This document shows positions 1 to 12,939 of a stretch of 64,000 nucleotides of DNA, one piece after another. Origin of the DNA: Octopus sinensis (Eukaryota); contig NC_043010.1 in assembly GCF_006345805.1 (NCBI RefSeq), forward strand, positions 15,810,001-15,874,000. The letters are read 5' to 3'. The notes under the pieces are model-generated. The model made no database searches. It was given only the letters and a program-made list of their open reading frames with translations, and was not told the origin of the DNA. The position numbers were made by a program, and so were the translations under genes. Position 1 is the first letter of the stretch. Each line of letters opens with the position of its first letter.

Positions 1-97
1 GTAGAAATTGCCTCGTTTCCAGCTCTACTACAATGTCCAGCAAACTGGACTCTCCTACCTTTCACATATGCATGCCCACGTGTGCACACACACACAC

Positions 98-135
<38 letters not shown>

Positions 136-525
136 ACACACACACACACACACACACGCATATACATTCATGAGTAACCAGCAGAAGCTTTTTTTAGTTT
201 CATGCATATGTACGTCTATGCCTATGCATACATACATGTCAAAAATAGAAATTCCTTAGATAAATCAGTCTTAATTATCTATCTGCAATGCAAAACAATT
301 TAGTAAATGCACACAACCTTTTATAGCCTACATAATAGTTTTAATAGAATAACAAAACTAATAGAATAGATTGCTTTGTAAAGATTAAAATTTAAGCTCC
401 GTGCAATAAGCCTTTGTAGAGGTCACAGTAACGCAGTCTGCCTTTCAATACTAAAATGTATCAACTCTTACATCAGAAAGTACCACAAACACATAAAAAA
501 AACACTTCTAAACAAAATATATTTC

Positions 526-905
526 ACTAGCAGTATTGCCCGGCGTTGCTCGGATTTGTAAGGGAAATAACTATATAAGCATTTTTAGAGAGTTATAGCA
601 AAAAAATGCATTAAAAATGGAAAAATAATGATGGTAAATTTTTTTTTAAATCGTTGACTCATCGTAGACATTTTTAGAGAGTTACTTCCCTTATATAATA
701 GCGAAAAAAATGCATTAAAATGATGGTAAATTTTTTTTTAAAACGTTGACTCATCGTAGACGCGCGCTAATACCCAGAAGGGCTCGATATGAATCACGAC
801 TATAAGATACCCGGTTTTGGTTAAACTGCACCGCAAAATGTGGGAGTAGTTAGGAATCTAAATCATAGGAGACAGACACACAACTTGACTGTTATATATA
901 AAGAT
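526..905 (+). mobile_element. Non-autonomous Helitron/HINE-like repeat (second copy 21268-21665)
   Basis: Two copies start actagcagtattgcccgg and end tatatataaagat; no TIR or TSD seen; class inferred from resemblance to Lep1/HINE termini. Confidence 0.5.
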
Positions 906-1412
906 ATATTAGATATATTAACATTGCTCTTTCAATATGAAAAAGAAAAAAAACAACTCTGGTCATTAGTATAAAAATTGGCACAAACTAATCAATTTAC
1001 AAACACATGGAAAATTCATTAAAGAAATTCTAATATTGTTCTGTTGCTAACAACCCACATTTTCACAAGTTTATTCTGAGCATGTACACCGTTATTTCTA
1101 TGGCTGGTTACGATAAAGCCATATAACAGGATCTTCAAACTGAAGTTGTATACGAACTTCAATTCACAAATAAACAAATCCATAAAATCCTATAAGAAAT
1201 AAAAATAAACTTATCACTATAGAAAGATATCTGAAAAAGAACTTATCAAAATTATTCCCCACTATATATGTTACATGCATGCACAACCAGCTGCACATAC
1301 ATGCACTGAATCCCAGATTGATAAGTTGCTCTTGAATTACACTGTTAATGTGTGTGTGTGCGTGCAAGTATATGTGTGTAAGTTTGTGTGAATATGTATG
1401 TATGTCTGTATG

Positions 1413-1460
<48 letters not shown>

Positions 1461-1463
<3 letters not shown>

Positions 1464-1766
1464 CACCGTGACCGACCAGGCTATCAGGTGTTGCTACACA
1501 TCGCTGGTCACAATGCGCTTCGCATTGTTTTAGCCTTCAAATGACGCCACCCCGCTGGCTAAGCGAGCAGGCCAACAGAAGAAAGAGTGAGAGAAAGTTG
1601 TGGCGAAAGAGTACAGCAGGGATCGCCACAATCCCCTGCCGGAGCCTCATGGAGCTTTAGGGGTTTTCGCTCAATAAACACTCACAACACTTGGTCTGGG
1701 AATTGAAAGCACAATCCTACGACCGAGAGTTTGCTGCTCTAGCCACTGGGCCATTGTGCCTCCACA
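1461..1766 (-). mobile_element. tRNA-derived SINE, sister of family D with a different 3' tail
   Basis: Pol III A/B-box-like head; shares the central block ctctttcgccacaactttctctcactctttc. Confidence 0.75.
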
Positions 1767-1790
1767 TATATGTATGTATATGCACGTATA

Positions 1791-2098
1791 CGAGGTGGGG
1801 TGCCCAACAGAATGTTGCAATATTATTTTATTCACTTAGTTTTACATGTTTATACTTCTATCACCTTCAAAGTCTCCTCCATTTGAAGCAGTGCTGGAAT
1901 CCTTGAGAAATGATACCTTTTAATGCCTCATTATTTTTTCTTCACCTCTTCCACATCTGCAAATTCCATAGCACCAGCTTTCATCACCATTGATGGACCT
2001 TTGAAAATAGATATGAATCAACTTCCAACTGTTCTTTCAGTTCATGACATGCATTTAGTCATGATTGCTTTTGATCTTCTGTGAGCAAGCAAGGCAAT
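1791..2098 (-). mobile_element. Decayed mariner 3' fragment
   Basis: Minus strand FADVEEVKKK and a remnant of ASNGEYFEGD; TA-cgagg end. Confidence 0.5.
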
Positions 2099-2405
2099 GT
2101 AGAGGCACATGGCCTTGTGGTTAGAGCAGCGGACTCGCGGTCGAGGGATCACGGGTTCGAATCTCAGACCGGACGATGTGTGTGTTTATGAGTGAAACAC
2201 CTAAGCTCCACGCAGCTCCGGCAGAAGGTAATGGTGAAACTTCTGCTGACTCTTTCGCCACAACTTTCTCTCACTCTTTCCTCCTGCATCTTGCAGCCCA
2301 CCTGCGACAGACTGGCGTCCCGTCCAGGTGGGGAACCTATATGCCAAGAAACCGGGAAACCAGCCCTTATGAGCCAGGCATGGCTCGAGAAGGAACAACC
2401 AAAAA
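2099..2405 (+). mobile_element. tRNA-derived SINE family D (possibly octopus OR-type)
   Basis: Head tggccttgtggttagagc...gggttcgaatctc; copies at 17913-18166 and 30041-30347. Confidence 0.85.
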
Positions 2406-2414
2406 ATCCAAAAA

Positions 2415-3290
2415 AACCCCAGTTTCACTCTCTTTACTCTGCCCAACTTTCATGTTGAAGTCTCCCATAATGATTTTAATATCATGTGATTTGCACTGCC
2501 TCATCCAATTGGTCATAAAAATCATCTATCTCTTCGATATTACTGTCAGACATGGGAGCATAGCACTGAATCACTACTGTGTCAAACAGTTTACCTCAAA
2601 GTTATACCAACATCACTCTATTGGAAATACACCAGAATCCAGCCAACCTTTTAGCTTCATGCTCATGAGTGTTGCCTGTTTCGCCTGAATACAGAAATGT
2701 GACACCATCTAAGACAACTTTCCCTGCAACAGGCCATCTCGCTTCACAAGATGTTGATGCTCAACCGTCTCATCTCCTTCAAAATGTTATCCATTTTTCC
2801 ACTCTGATATTTTGTCCTTACATTCCATGTCCAAAACTGATGTTGTTGTTGCTGCAGTAGCATGAAAACGATCGGGTATCTCCCACTGTGAATGATAGTC
2901 CCTACTGGACGAGACCCCGTTTCTGGTGTCCTTCATGTTGTTATTCCTTTTCTTGTTAGCAGCCATTCTATGATCTATATACAAGGCAGAATACAAGGGG
3001 TGGGTTGCCATTACCTTCCCCTGTGCAATGGCACTTAACCTAGTATGCTCCTGAGGTTGGCCAAGTATGGATCATCTGCATAGCTGCAATGGTCTTCAAA
3101 CTGTTGGTCTGCATGAGACTCTTCTGCCTTGTTGGCCATCCAATGCCCTGCTGCCGACATCTTTGCCATAACCCTGACCCAGGAGGCTAGCAGGTACTAT
3201 ACCTTGCCCAAGGGTGATCTGCAGGCCATCGGAAGGAAGGAGCGCTTTACACCTCCTTTTGCCAATCATTAATTGACACCGACACCTGAT
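2415..3290 (-). mobile_element. Decayed 5' part of an RTE LINE (5'UTR plus AP endonuclease)
   Basis: Minus strand GKMDNILKEMRRLSINIL...VIQCYAPMSDSNIEEIDDFYDQLDE...KIIMGDFN with frameshifts. Confidence 0.75.
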
Positions 3291-3419
3291 ATATACACAT
3301 ATAAGTATATATAAAAAGAACTCACGAGCAGTCAATGACCATCCAACAAATTTGTGTAAATATCCAGGGGTTGGACAAAATAATGGAAGCCCCTAAAAAT
3401 TTCAAACAAATTTATTTTC

Positions 3420-3770
3420 GGGTGCTGGTTATGTGCCACCGGCACCTGCCCCGACTGGTGGCACGTAAAAAGTACCATCCGATCGTGGCTGTTGCCAGCC
3501 TTGTCTGGCCCCTGTGCCGGTGGCATGTAAAAAGCACCATCCGATCGTGGCCGTTTGCCAGCCTCGTCTGGCACCTGTGCAGGCGGCACGTAAAAAGCAC
3601 CCACTACACTCACAGAGTGGTTGGCGTTAGGAAGGGCATCCAGCCGTAGAAACATTGCCAGATCAGACTGGGCCTGGTGCAGCCTTCTGGCTTCCCAGAC
3701 CTCAGCTGAACCGTCCAATCCTTGCTAGCATGGAAAGCGGATGCTAAACGATGATAATGATGATGATGAT
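3420..3770 (+). mobile_element. Family C RTE 3'UTR remnant (others 6559-6729, 8195-8364, 9713-9990-, 18340-18920, 35530-35730, 35760-36158, 42121-42428-, 45600-45920, 62598-62928)
   Basis: gtggttggcgttaggaagggcatccag...catgctagcatggaaagcggacgttaaacgatgatgatg. Confidence 0.85.
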
Positions 3771-4118
3771 TACATCATTTGAAAGAAACCGTTCTTGTCA
3801 GATGACCACATAGACTTCAAACATAAAGGATACAATCATTTTCCTAACATGTTCACATCACTAATGGAACTCCAAATATTTACCTTGTTTCTGTTGTCAT
3901 ATCTCTTGTAGAATGAGTTTAGAAAGTAAAGTAATGCATACCTTGTCAAGTCTACTATAATTTAGAGAGTAGCAGAGGAAATAGTAAGGGGGTCAGGATA
4001 AAAGGAGTGGTGACCTAGTTACTTACACTTAAGAGGTAGTATGTAGAATGTAGTCTTCAACCATTTAGAATCAAATCTATTGGGTGTTGTCAACTGTATT
4101 CTAGTTAATGGTAATAAA

Positions 4119-4349
4119 GGCGGCAAGCTGGCAGAAACGTTAGCACACCCGGGTGAGATGCTTTGCGGTATTTCGTCTGTGGCTACGTTCTGAGTTCAAA
4201 TTCCACTGAGGTCGACTTTGCCTTTTATCCTTTTGGTGTCGATAAATTAAGTACCAGTTACGCACTGGGGTCGATATAATTGACTTAATACCTATGTCTG
4301 TCCTTGTTTGTACCTCTGTGTTTAGCCCCTTGTGGGTATTAAAGAAATA
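4119..4349 (+). mobile_element. tRNA-derived SINE family A (copies 5163-5318-, 5450-5681+, 7093-7323+, 12458-12687-, 20279-20682- double, 28049-28281+, 48378-48594-, 58853-59104+, 61536-61686-)
   Basis: Head ggcgagctggcagaa...gagttcaaattcc, tail ccccttgtgggtaataaagaaatag; TSD GGTAATAAA at this copy. Confidence 0.88.
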
Positions 4350-4410
4350 GGTAATAAATCAATTAATGTGAGACAATTTACTAGACTTTCAATGTACTGG
4401 GACCATATAT

Positions 4411-4622
4411 TACTCTTTTACTCTTTTACTTGTTTCAGTCATTTGACTGTGGCCATGCTGGAGCACTGCCTTTAATCGAGTAACTTGACCCCAGGACTTA
4501 TTCTTTTGTAAGCCCAGTACTTATTCTATCGGTCTCTTTTGCCGAACCGCTAAGTAACGGGGACGTAAACACACCAGCATCGGTTGTCAAGCAATGCTAG
4601 GGGGACAAACACAGACACACAA

Positions 4623-4677
<55 letters not shown>

Positions 4678-4841
4678 TATATACGACGGGCTTCTTTCAG
4701 TTTCCGTCTACCAAATCCACTCACAAGGCTTTAGTCGGCCCGAGGCTATAGTAGAAGACACTTGCCCAAGGTGCCACGCAGTGGGACTGAACCCGGAACC
4801 ATGTGGTTAGTAAACAAGCTACTTACCACACAGCCACTCCT
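4411..4841 (-). mobile_element. tRNA-derived SINE family B with internal (TA)/(TG) tract (copies 8651-9047-, 11167-11562-, 50633-51032+, 54556-54964+, 61977-62352+)
   Basis: Head ggagtggctgtgtggtaag...gggttcagtccc, CORE-like ccttgggcaagtgtctt, tail gaaacaagtaaaagagtaaaagag. Confidence 0.88.
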
Positions 4842-5367
4842 GACACAAAAGAGTAGGGTGTAGGGGTAGTAGACTAGGTAAGTGCAGTAATGGATTACTA
4901 GGGCTCCAAGATTATAGCCGAAATGGCTGTAAATATTAATTCTTTAATTTATTTTTAAACTGTAACCTAATAAATCCCCTAATATTTAATTCTAATCCCT
5001 ACTCCTAAATAATTTAACATTCAACTAATCTCTCCATTCACACTCTACCTACAAGCCCATAACCCCATTGCTAAAAATAACTTTACAGCCACTGACCTTA
5101 GCCAGAATCTACACAAGCATTTACTACTAGATTTCCTCCCCAACCCCTACAGACTAGAAGAATACCTATTTCTTTATTACCCACAAGGGGCTAAACATAG
5201 AGGGGACAAACAAGGACAGACATAGGTATTAATTCGATTACATCGACCCCAGTGCGTAACTGGTACTTATTTAATCGACCCCAAAAGGATGAAAGGCAAA
5301 GTCAACCTCGGCGGAATTGGCACCTACTATTCTCTTTAAATTTCTTTCATTTTGCTCTACTTTGTTT

Positions 5368-6187
5368 ATTTTTTACATTATCTTCCTCTACCCCCTCCTT
5401 TCTCTTATCTTCTTGGCTCTCTTTGTACACTATATTCTTAAAGACTATTAGGCGGCGAGCTGGCAGAAACGTTAGCACGCCGGGCGAAATGCGTTGCCGT
5501 ATTTCGTCTGCCGTTACGTTCCGAGTTCAAATTCCGCCGAGGTCGACTTTGCCTTTCATCCTTCCGGGGTCGATAAATTAAGTACCAGTTACGCACTGGG
5601 GTCGATGTAATCGACTTAATCCGTTTGCCTGTCCTTGTTTGTCTCCTCTGTGTTTAGCCCCTTGTGGGTAGTAAAGAAATATATATTCTTAAAGACTATG
5701 TTTTTATATACCTTTCTTTATCCTTAACGCCAATCCTTAACTTCCTCCCTTACTCTATCAACCTCTCTTTCTATTTATGTACTTTTCTATCTTTTTACCA
5801 CATAATAGCCACCTCTGTTACCATTCTTTTATTGAATGTTGATATTTACACTATCAGGACTTTGATCTACATGGATTTACACAGGATTACTCCGAAGGAC
5901 TTATGGACTTACTTCTACATGATCGGAAAGTTAAACTGTGAACTTTTATGCTCCTTTTTCTTCTCTTTCTTCATTTCTTAATTCTTTTACTCCTATCCTC
6001 TATATCGTCATTTCATTAATCTGTATCCTTCTCATTTTCCCTGTTTGTCTCTGATGATGCAATATCCCATACTCTGGGATATCCTTGAAACAGCTGTAAG
6101 ACTTTGAATCTTTTTTCCAATAATAATGATGTATATGACTTGAGATGTTTGCCTTGCCTTAACATTTGTTGTCCTCTTCAACAATTT

Positions 6188-6225
<38 letters not shown>

Positions 6226-6726
6226 TACACACACACACACATACCCACACACACACATACATGTTACCTCCCCTGACCACTGTCCGAAGTCAGGACGCCA
6301 TGATAGCCCGTTAGCTCCTACACACATTTTTTTCTCTCCTTGTTTCTCTCCTTTTTTTTTTCTGTGTATCTTTCTGTCAAAGAGCGTAGGCTCGAAACGT
6401 AAAAGACTTGTTCTATTTCTATTCCTGAGCGCCATGCTAATACATTTGTTTGTTTGTACTCCACCTGCCTTCGTCTTTTGTTTATTTTCGTAAACCTTCC
6501 TGTTATATATATATACACACACACATATACATGTACATATATATATATATAGCGATTTAGTTTACTACATTCTTGGAGTGGTTGGCATTAGGAAGGGCAT
6601 CCAGCTGTAGAAACTCTGCCAGATCAAGATTGGAGCCTGGTGCAGCCATCTGGCTCGCCAGCCCTCAGACAAAATTGTCCAACCTATGCTAGCATGGAAA
6701 GCGGACGTTAAACGATGATGATGATG

Positions 6727-6778
<52 letters not shown>

Positions 6779-7821
6779 CACACAATAACACATGTGTATG
6801 ATGAGCTTCTTTTTTTCTTCCCATCACCCAAATTCACTCACACACACCTTGGTCTATAGTAGAAGACAACTGCCTACAGTGCTGTGCAGTGAGAGTGAAC
6901 CCAAGACCACATGGTGAGAAAGTAAGTTCTTAACCACACAGCCATGCTTGCTCAGAATAACAGAAACCAATTTAATTTGTGTTAGTGTTTCGTTATATCT
7001 CTCTTTTTTTTTTTTTTACATTATCTTCCTCTACCCCCTCCTTTCTCTTATCTTCTTGGCTCTCTTTGTACACTATATTCTTAAAGACTATTAAGCGGTG
7101 AGCTGGCAGAAACGTTAGCACACCAGGCGAAATGCGTTGCCGTATTTCGTCTGCCGTTACGTTCCGAGTTCAAATTCCGGCGAGGTCGACTTAGCCTTTC
7201 ATCCTTCCGGGGTCGATAAATTAAGTACCAGTTACGCACTGGGGTCGATGTAATCGACTTAATCCGTTTGTCTGTCCTTGTTTGTCTCCTCTGTGTTTAG
7301 ACCCTTGTGGGTAGTAAAGAAATATATATTCTTAAAGACTATGTTTTTATATACCTTTCTTTATCCCTAATGCCAATCCATAACTTCCTCCCTTACTCTA
7401 TCTACCTCTCTTTCTATTTATTTACTTTTCTTTCTTTTTACCACTTAATAGCCACCTCTGTTACCATTCTGTTATTGAATGTTGATATTTACACTATCAG
7501 GACTTTAATCTACATGGATTTACACAGGATTACTCCTAAGGACTTACTTCTACACGATGGGAAAGTTAAACTATGAACTTTTATGCTCCTTTTTCTTCTC
7601 TTTCTTCATTTCTTAATTCTTTTACTCCTATCCTCTATGTCATCATTTCATTAATCTGTACCCTTCTCATTTTCCCTGTTTGTCTCCGATGACGGAATAT
7701 CCCATACTCTGGGATATCCTTGAAACAGCTGTAAGACTTTGAATCTTTTTTCCAATAATAATGATGTATATGACTTGAGATGTTTGCCTTGCCTTAACAT
7801 TTGTTGTCCTCTTCAACAATT

Positions 7822-7880
<59 letters not shown>

Positions 7881-8364
7881 CCACACACACACATACATGT
7901 TACCTCCCCTGACCACTGTCCGAAGTCAGGACGCCATGATAGCCCGTTAGCTCCTACACACATTTTTTTCTCTCCTTGTTTCTCTCCTTTTTTTTTTCTG
8001 TGTATCTTTCTGTCAAAGAGCGTAGGCTCGAAACGTAAAAGACTTGTTCTATTTCTATTCCTGAGCGCCATGCTAATACATTTGTTTGTTTGTACTCCAC
8101 CTGCCTTCGTCTTTTGTTTATTTTCGTAAACCTTCCTGTTATATATATATACACACACACATATACATGTACATATATATATATATAGCGATTTAGTTTA
8201 CTACATTCTTGGAGTGGTTGGCATTAGGAAGGGCATCCAGCTGTAGAAACTCTGCCAGATCAAGATTGGAGCCTGGTGCAGCCATCTGGCTCGCCAGCCC
8301 TCAGACAAAATTGTCCAACCTATGCTAGCATGGAAAGCGGACGTTAAACGATGATGATGATGAT

Positions 8365-8400
<36 letters not shown>

Positions 8401-8651
8401 ATATGTACACACACACACAATAACACATGTGTATGATGAGCTTCTTTTTTTCTTCCCATCACCCAAATTCACTCACACACACCTTGGTCTATAGTAGAAG
8501 ACAACTGCCTACAGTGCTGTGCAGTGAGAGTGAACCCAAGACCACATGGTGAGAAAGTAAGTTCTTAACCACACAGCCATGCTTGCTCAGAATAACAGAA
8601 ACCAATTTAATTTGTGTTAGTGTTTCGTTATATCTCTCTTTTTTTTTTTTT
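5368..8651. repeat. ~1.64 kb tandem duplication
   Basis: acattatcttcctctacccc at 5375 and 7018; collinear to gttatatctctcttttt. Confidence 0.95.
6030..6510 (+). mobile_element. Penelope-like remnant with hammerhead-like motif (duplicated at 7670-8150; related copy ~63150-63310)
   Basis: gagcgtaggctcgaaacgt motif and shared downstream ttcctgagcg.ca..ctaataca. Confidence 0.5.
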
Positions 8652-10199
8652 ACTCTCTTTTACTTGTTTCAGTCATTTGACTGCGGCCATGCTGGAGCAC
8701 CGCCTTTAGTCGAGCCAATCGACCCCAAGACTTATTCTTTGGAAGCCTAGTACTTAGTCTATCGGGCTCTCTTGCCGCTAAGTTACGGGAACGTAAACAC
8801 ACCACCATTGGTTGTCAAGCGATGTTGGGGGCGGGGGGGGGGGGGGTCAAACAAAGACATAAAAACATACACACACACACACACACAGAGCCTTCTTTCA
8901 GTTTCTGTCTACCAAATCCACTCACAAGGCTTTGGTCTGCCCGGGGCTGTAGTAGAAGACACTTGCCCAAGGTGCCACACAGTGGGAATGAACCCAGAAT
9001 CATGTGGTTGGTAAGCAAGCTACTTACCACACAGCCACTCCTGCGCCTATTATTCTGATAAATTTAAATAAACAGTTGTTCCAATGGTTCTATGTCTGAT
9101 GCATCGTAGCTATAATTACAGCAAGCTAGGCTGAGAGAAGTGTTTGTCATGGTCGGAGTGCAACACCACTGGCAGAAAACAAGCTGCTGCTCTTCAAGTA
9201 GCCGTGCGGTACCCTATCAGAATTAACCGTTTATAACTCTACACTTCCATTAGTGAAATTAATGTAATTATGTCAGTATGGTTGCAGGTGTGTAATTACA
9301 TTGGTATCTTTAGCCTTTAGTAAAAACCCGACAAAATAATGACAGCTATAAATAAGAAGGGAAAAAAATATAAAAAACAATATCAGTGCTATATAATTGC
9401 TACTCTCTAGTTTGACTACTTCCTCTCTGTTAAACCTTGTCACAAACTAGTGATAGAGTCAAAGCATAGTCAAGTTTATAGGGCACCAGATTGCTTCTTG
9501 AGTGTATTTTCCCCAGGAGATAGTGAAGTTGGCAAATTCATTAGGAACTCGTCATAATGCTGGCACTTTCAATGGTGTATCTAATGAGTCATTAACATAT
9601 AAACACTGATGAATCTATCTTTGAGTGTATCTAGGATAAGTCATCATGGGCAGAGCCCATCTCACAAGAATATACTTACAAAAAATACTTAACAATTTTG
9701 CATCACAGAAACATCATCATCGTTTAACGTCCGTTTTCCATGCTAGCACGGGTTGGACGGTTTTGACTCAGCGCTGGCAAACCAGATGGCTGCACCAGGA
9801 TCCAGTCTTGATCTGGCAGAGTTTCTACAGCTGGATGCCCTTCCTAACGCCAACCACTCCGAGAGCGTAGTGGCTGCTTTTTACGTGCCACCTGCACCAG
9901 GGCCAGTCAGCCGGTACTGGCAATGACCTCGCTCGAATCTTTTTACACGTGCCACTGGCACAGGTGCCAGTGAAGCGACGTTGGTAACAATAACCTAAAA
10001 GTAATTCAGTTTTAGGGCTTTATCTCCATAAAAATGTAATATAATCACTACATAAGCACTTCTTATAAGTTAAATAGTTGAATTTTAATAAGACATTTTC
10101 CCAATATATTGATATCCATACAAGTTCTTGCATATATTATTGTGTGTGTATGCACGCGCACACGTGTGTATGTGTGTGTGAGAGAAAGAGAGAGAGAAA

Positions 10200-10609
10200 G
10201 GATCTTTTCTGTTTGAATGGCAGTTTTTCTAGCGGTGTCATGAAATTGTCACCCATAATTATGACCCTAGTATCGATCTATTGCATTTCAATCTGTTTTA
10301 GGGTTAGGGGTGGGGGGGAGGGTATCTTTTTTTCTTCACAAATGTAAATAAACCCAATCTGTTTCTTAAACGAGGGACATATTCATACGGCACAGAATGT
10401 TTTTTTTTACCTCAATGGACGTCATTGATTGGTTGAAATTGCAGAAATTGAAGAAAAAAAAAACAACAAATATCTTACAAACTATAGAATTTTCTCAATA
10501 AATCCAAGAGAAAAATATGTTTTATAAACACATTCTACCAGTATACGAAGTTTAAAATTCTTTAGTTACCTAGAAATTATGTTAAAAACTGCCGTTCAAA
10601 CCGAAAAGA
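10200..10609 (+). mobile_element. Family E MITE with clipped right TIR
   Basis: Same internal sequence; right end stops at ccgaaaaga. Confidence 0.88.
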
Positions 10610-11670
10610 ACAGATATCCATACAAGTTCTTGCATATATTATTATTATTATTGTGTGTGTGTGTGTGTATGCTCGTGCATACGTGTGTATGTGTGTGTGA
10701 GAGAGAGAAAGAGAGAGAGAGAGATAGTTTGTTAGTTTGTGAAATTTTCAGCTTCAGTAAAATTCAGTATTTTGCAGTCATGTGCTTGTGTGTGTGTGTG
10801 TGTGTGTATATAATGCAGAAAAGAAGTGGGTATATAAACGTGACATGTTATACACAATGTAATCTACACATAAGAGAATCACAGGCAGACTAACAGAGAA
10901 CTATAGAATCTTCATATGTGATAGATGCTTCTCTATACTCACCCTGAAGAAGGGAAACCTTCTGGACTTTGAAATACTTGATGGCTAGCATCACACATTT
11001 TTTTTCATTTTTTATGTGTGTGTCTATTTTCTATTTCTGCTCTGCTCAACCTTTTCAAGTACTCGCCATGTTGGAACTTCTCTTCCTGTCACATTATCAC
11101 ACTATTCCATTGTTAATTTAGATTTTAACCTGTTCGCAGTTTCTCTTGTTGTTTACCATTTTTCTTTACTCTTCTTTTACTTGTTTCAGTCATTTGACTG
11201 CGGCCATGCTGGAGCACCGCCTTTAATCGAGCAACTCGACCCTGGGACTTATTGTTTTGTAAGCCCAGTACTTATTCTATCGGTCTCTTTTGCTGAACTG
11301 CTAAGTAACGGGGACATAAACACACCAGCATTGGTTGTCAAGCAATGCTAGGGGCATAAACACAGACACACACACAAACACACACACATATATACATATA
11401 TACGACGGGCTTCTTTCAGTTTCCGTCTACCAAATCCACTCACAAGGCATTGGTCGGCCTGGGGCTATAGCAGAAGACACTTGCCCAAGATGCCACGCAG
11501 AGGGATTGAACCCGGAACCATGTGGTTGGTTAGCAAGCTACTTACCACACAGCCACGCCTACGCCTTTAAAACTATTTTTTAACTATTTCTCATTAAATT
11601 TATACTTTTTATTTACGGAGATGTACTTGCATAGCGAATGACTTGATCTGAGATCGTGTGCTGGAACGAA

Positions 11671-11914
11671 AACAATTGCAGCGTGGAAGGTGTTTATAAG
11701 CCATTTAAGAAACACACAAAACCGTTAGATTCACTTCAACATTTAAATTTAATTTGTCAAAATATTTTCGTCGCTTTGACACCGGTCAGTGAACAGGTTC
11801 TGGTCTCAAAGCACCGAAAATATTTTGACAAATTAAATTTAAATGTTGAAGTGAATCTAACGGTTTTGTGTGTTTCTTAAATGGCTTATAAACACCTTCC
11901 ACGCTGCAATTGTT
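11671..11914. repeat. Perfect 100-bp inverted repeat with 44-nt spacer
   Basis: 11671-11770 is the exact reverse complement of 11815-11914. Confidence 0.95.
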
Positions 11915-11939
11915 ATATTTTTTAGCTTCCTTGAAAACA

Positions 11940-12330
11940 GAAAATAGTTTTTTGTTTTGTTCTTTTTTATAACTATTGTATTAGTTTTCTGTTATTTTTT
12001 TCCAAGATATTTTCAGATACTTATACAAAAGCTAAGACTTGCTAATTTAGTTTACCTGAGGTTTGGTGAAAAGTTTTCTCAAACCTCAAGAATCATTCTT
12101 AGAATTCCAGTAGAATACAGAATGGCTTTCTGCAGGTCAACAATACGTGCCTCAGTTCTAATATCCTGCAGCCTCTTAAATAGCAGTTTGGGTGTTGTGC
12201 CAGATGCACAAATTATCACCTTTGTGCCCCACAATCTCTTCATCACTTTGGCTAAGTCCTGGTATTTCCCAGTTTTCTCAGTTTCTTTGGTATCAAATCT
12301 ACTATCAGATATAGGATTACAAGGATCTTA
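11940..12330 (-). mobile_element. R4/Dong-like non-LTR 3' fragment (restriction-like endonuclease end)
   Basis: Minus strand DSRFDTKETEKTGKYQDLAK..KRLW..K...GTTPKLL...DLQKAILYSTGILRMILEV. Confidence 0.7.
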
Positions 12331-12939
12331 AATTTTTTTTTTTTCCTGGTCTCTCTGAAAATATCTGACCTACTTCAATATTATGATCAGTCTCAATGAG
12401 GAAACCCCATAAAATACTGCTGTGCTTTGGGTTTTTACTTTCATTGTATGAATATTTATTTCTTTATTACCCACAAGGGGCTAAACAGAGGGGACAAACA
12501 AAGACAGACATAGGTATTAAGTCGATTACATCGACCCCAGTGCGTAACTGGTACTTAATTTATCGACCCCGAAAGGTTGAAAGGCAAAGTCGACCTCGGC
12601 GGAATTTAAACTCAGAACATAACGGCAGACGAAATACGGCTATGTATTTCGCCCGGCCTGCTAATGTTTCTGCCAGCTCGCCGCCTTTATTGTATGAATA
12701 CTGTTGTATAGCTGGTGGGGGTGTTTGCCTCCCCTTTGCAAATATAAGGACACAGCAAATGTGCCAAAGCCGACAGGAAGCGTCGATGCTTCCTAGGGCT
12801 ATATAGCGGTGGTGTAATTCCCTCTATGGGACTGTCACGTTATGTTGACTTTATACAACCACTCTATCGCTCCACCACCGCTCATGTCTCATTGAGACAT
12901 TTAGAAATTCAATATTTCTAATATTCATCATCATTATTA

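Noticed and set aside
2099-2175. tRNA genes at SINE heads
   Set aside because: Cloverleafs are incomplete and each continues into a repeated SINE body, some with TSDs.
10944-10980. CTGAAGA...GAAAT hammerhead-like motif
   Set aside because: Stem II is imperfect, and there is no C15.2, convincing stem III or stem I; at best a decayed remnant.
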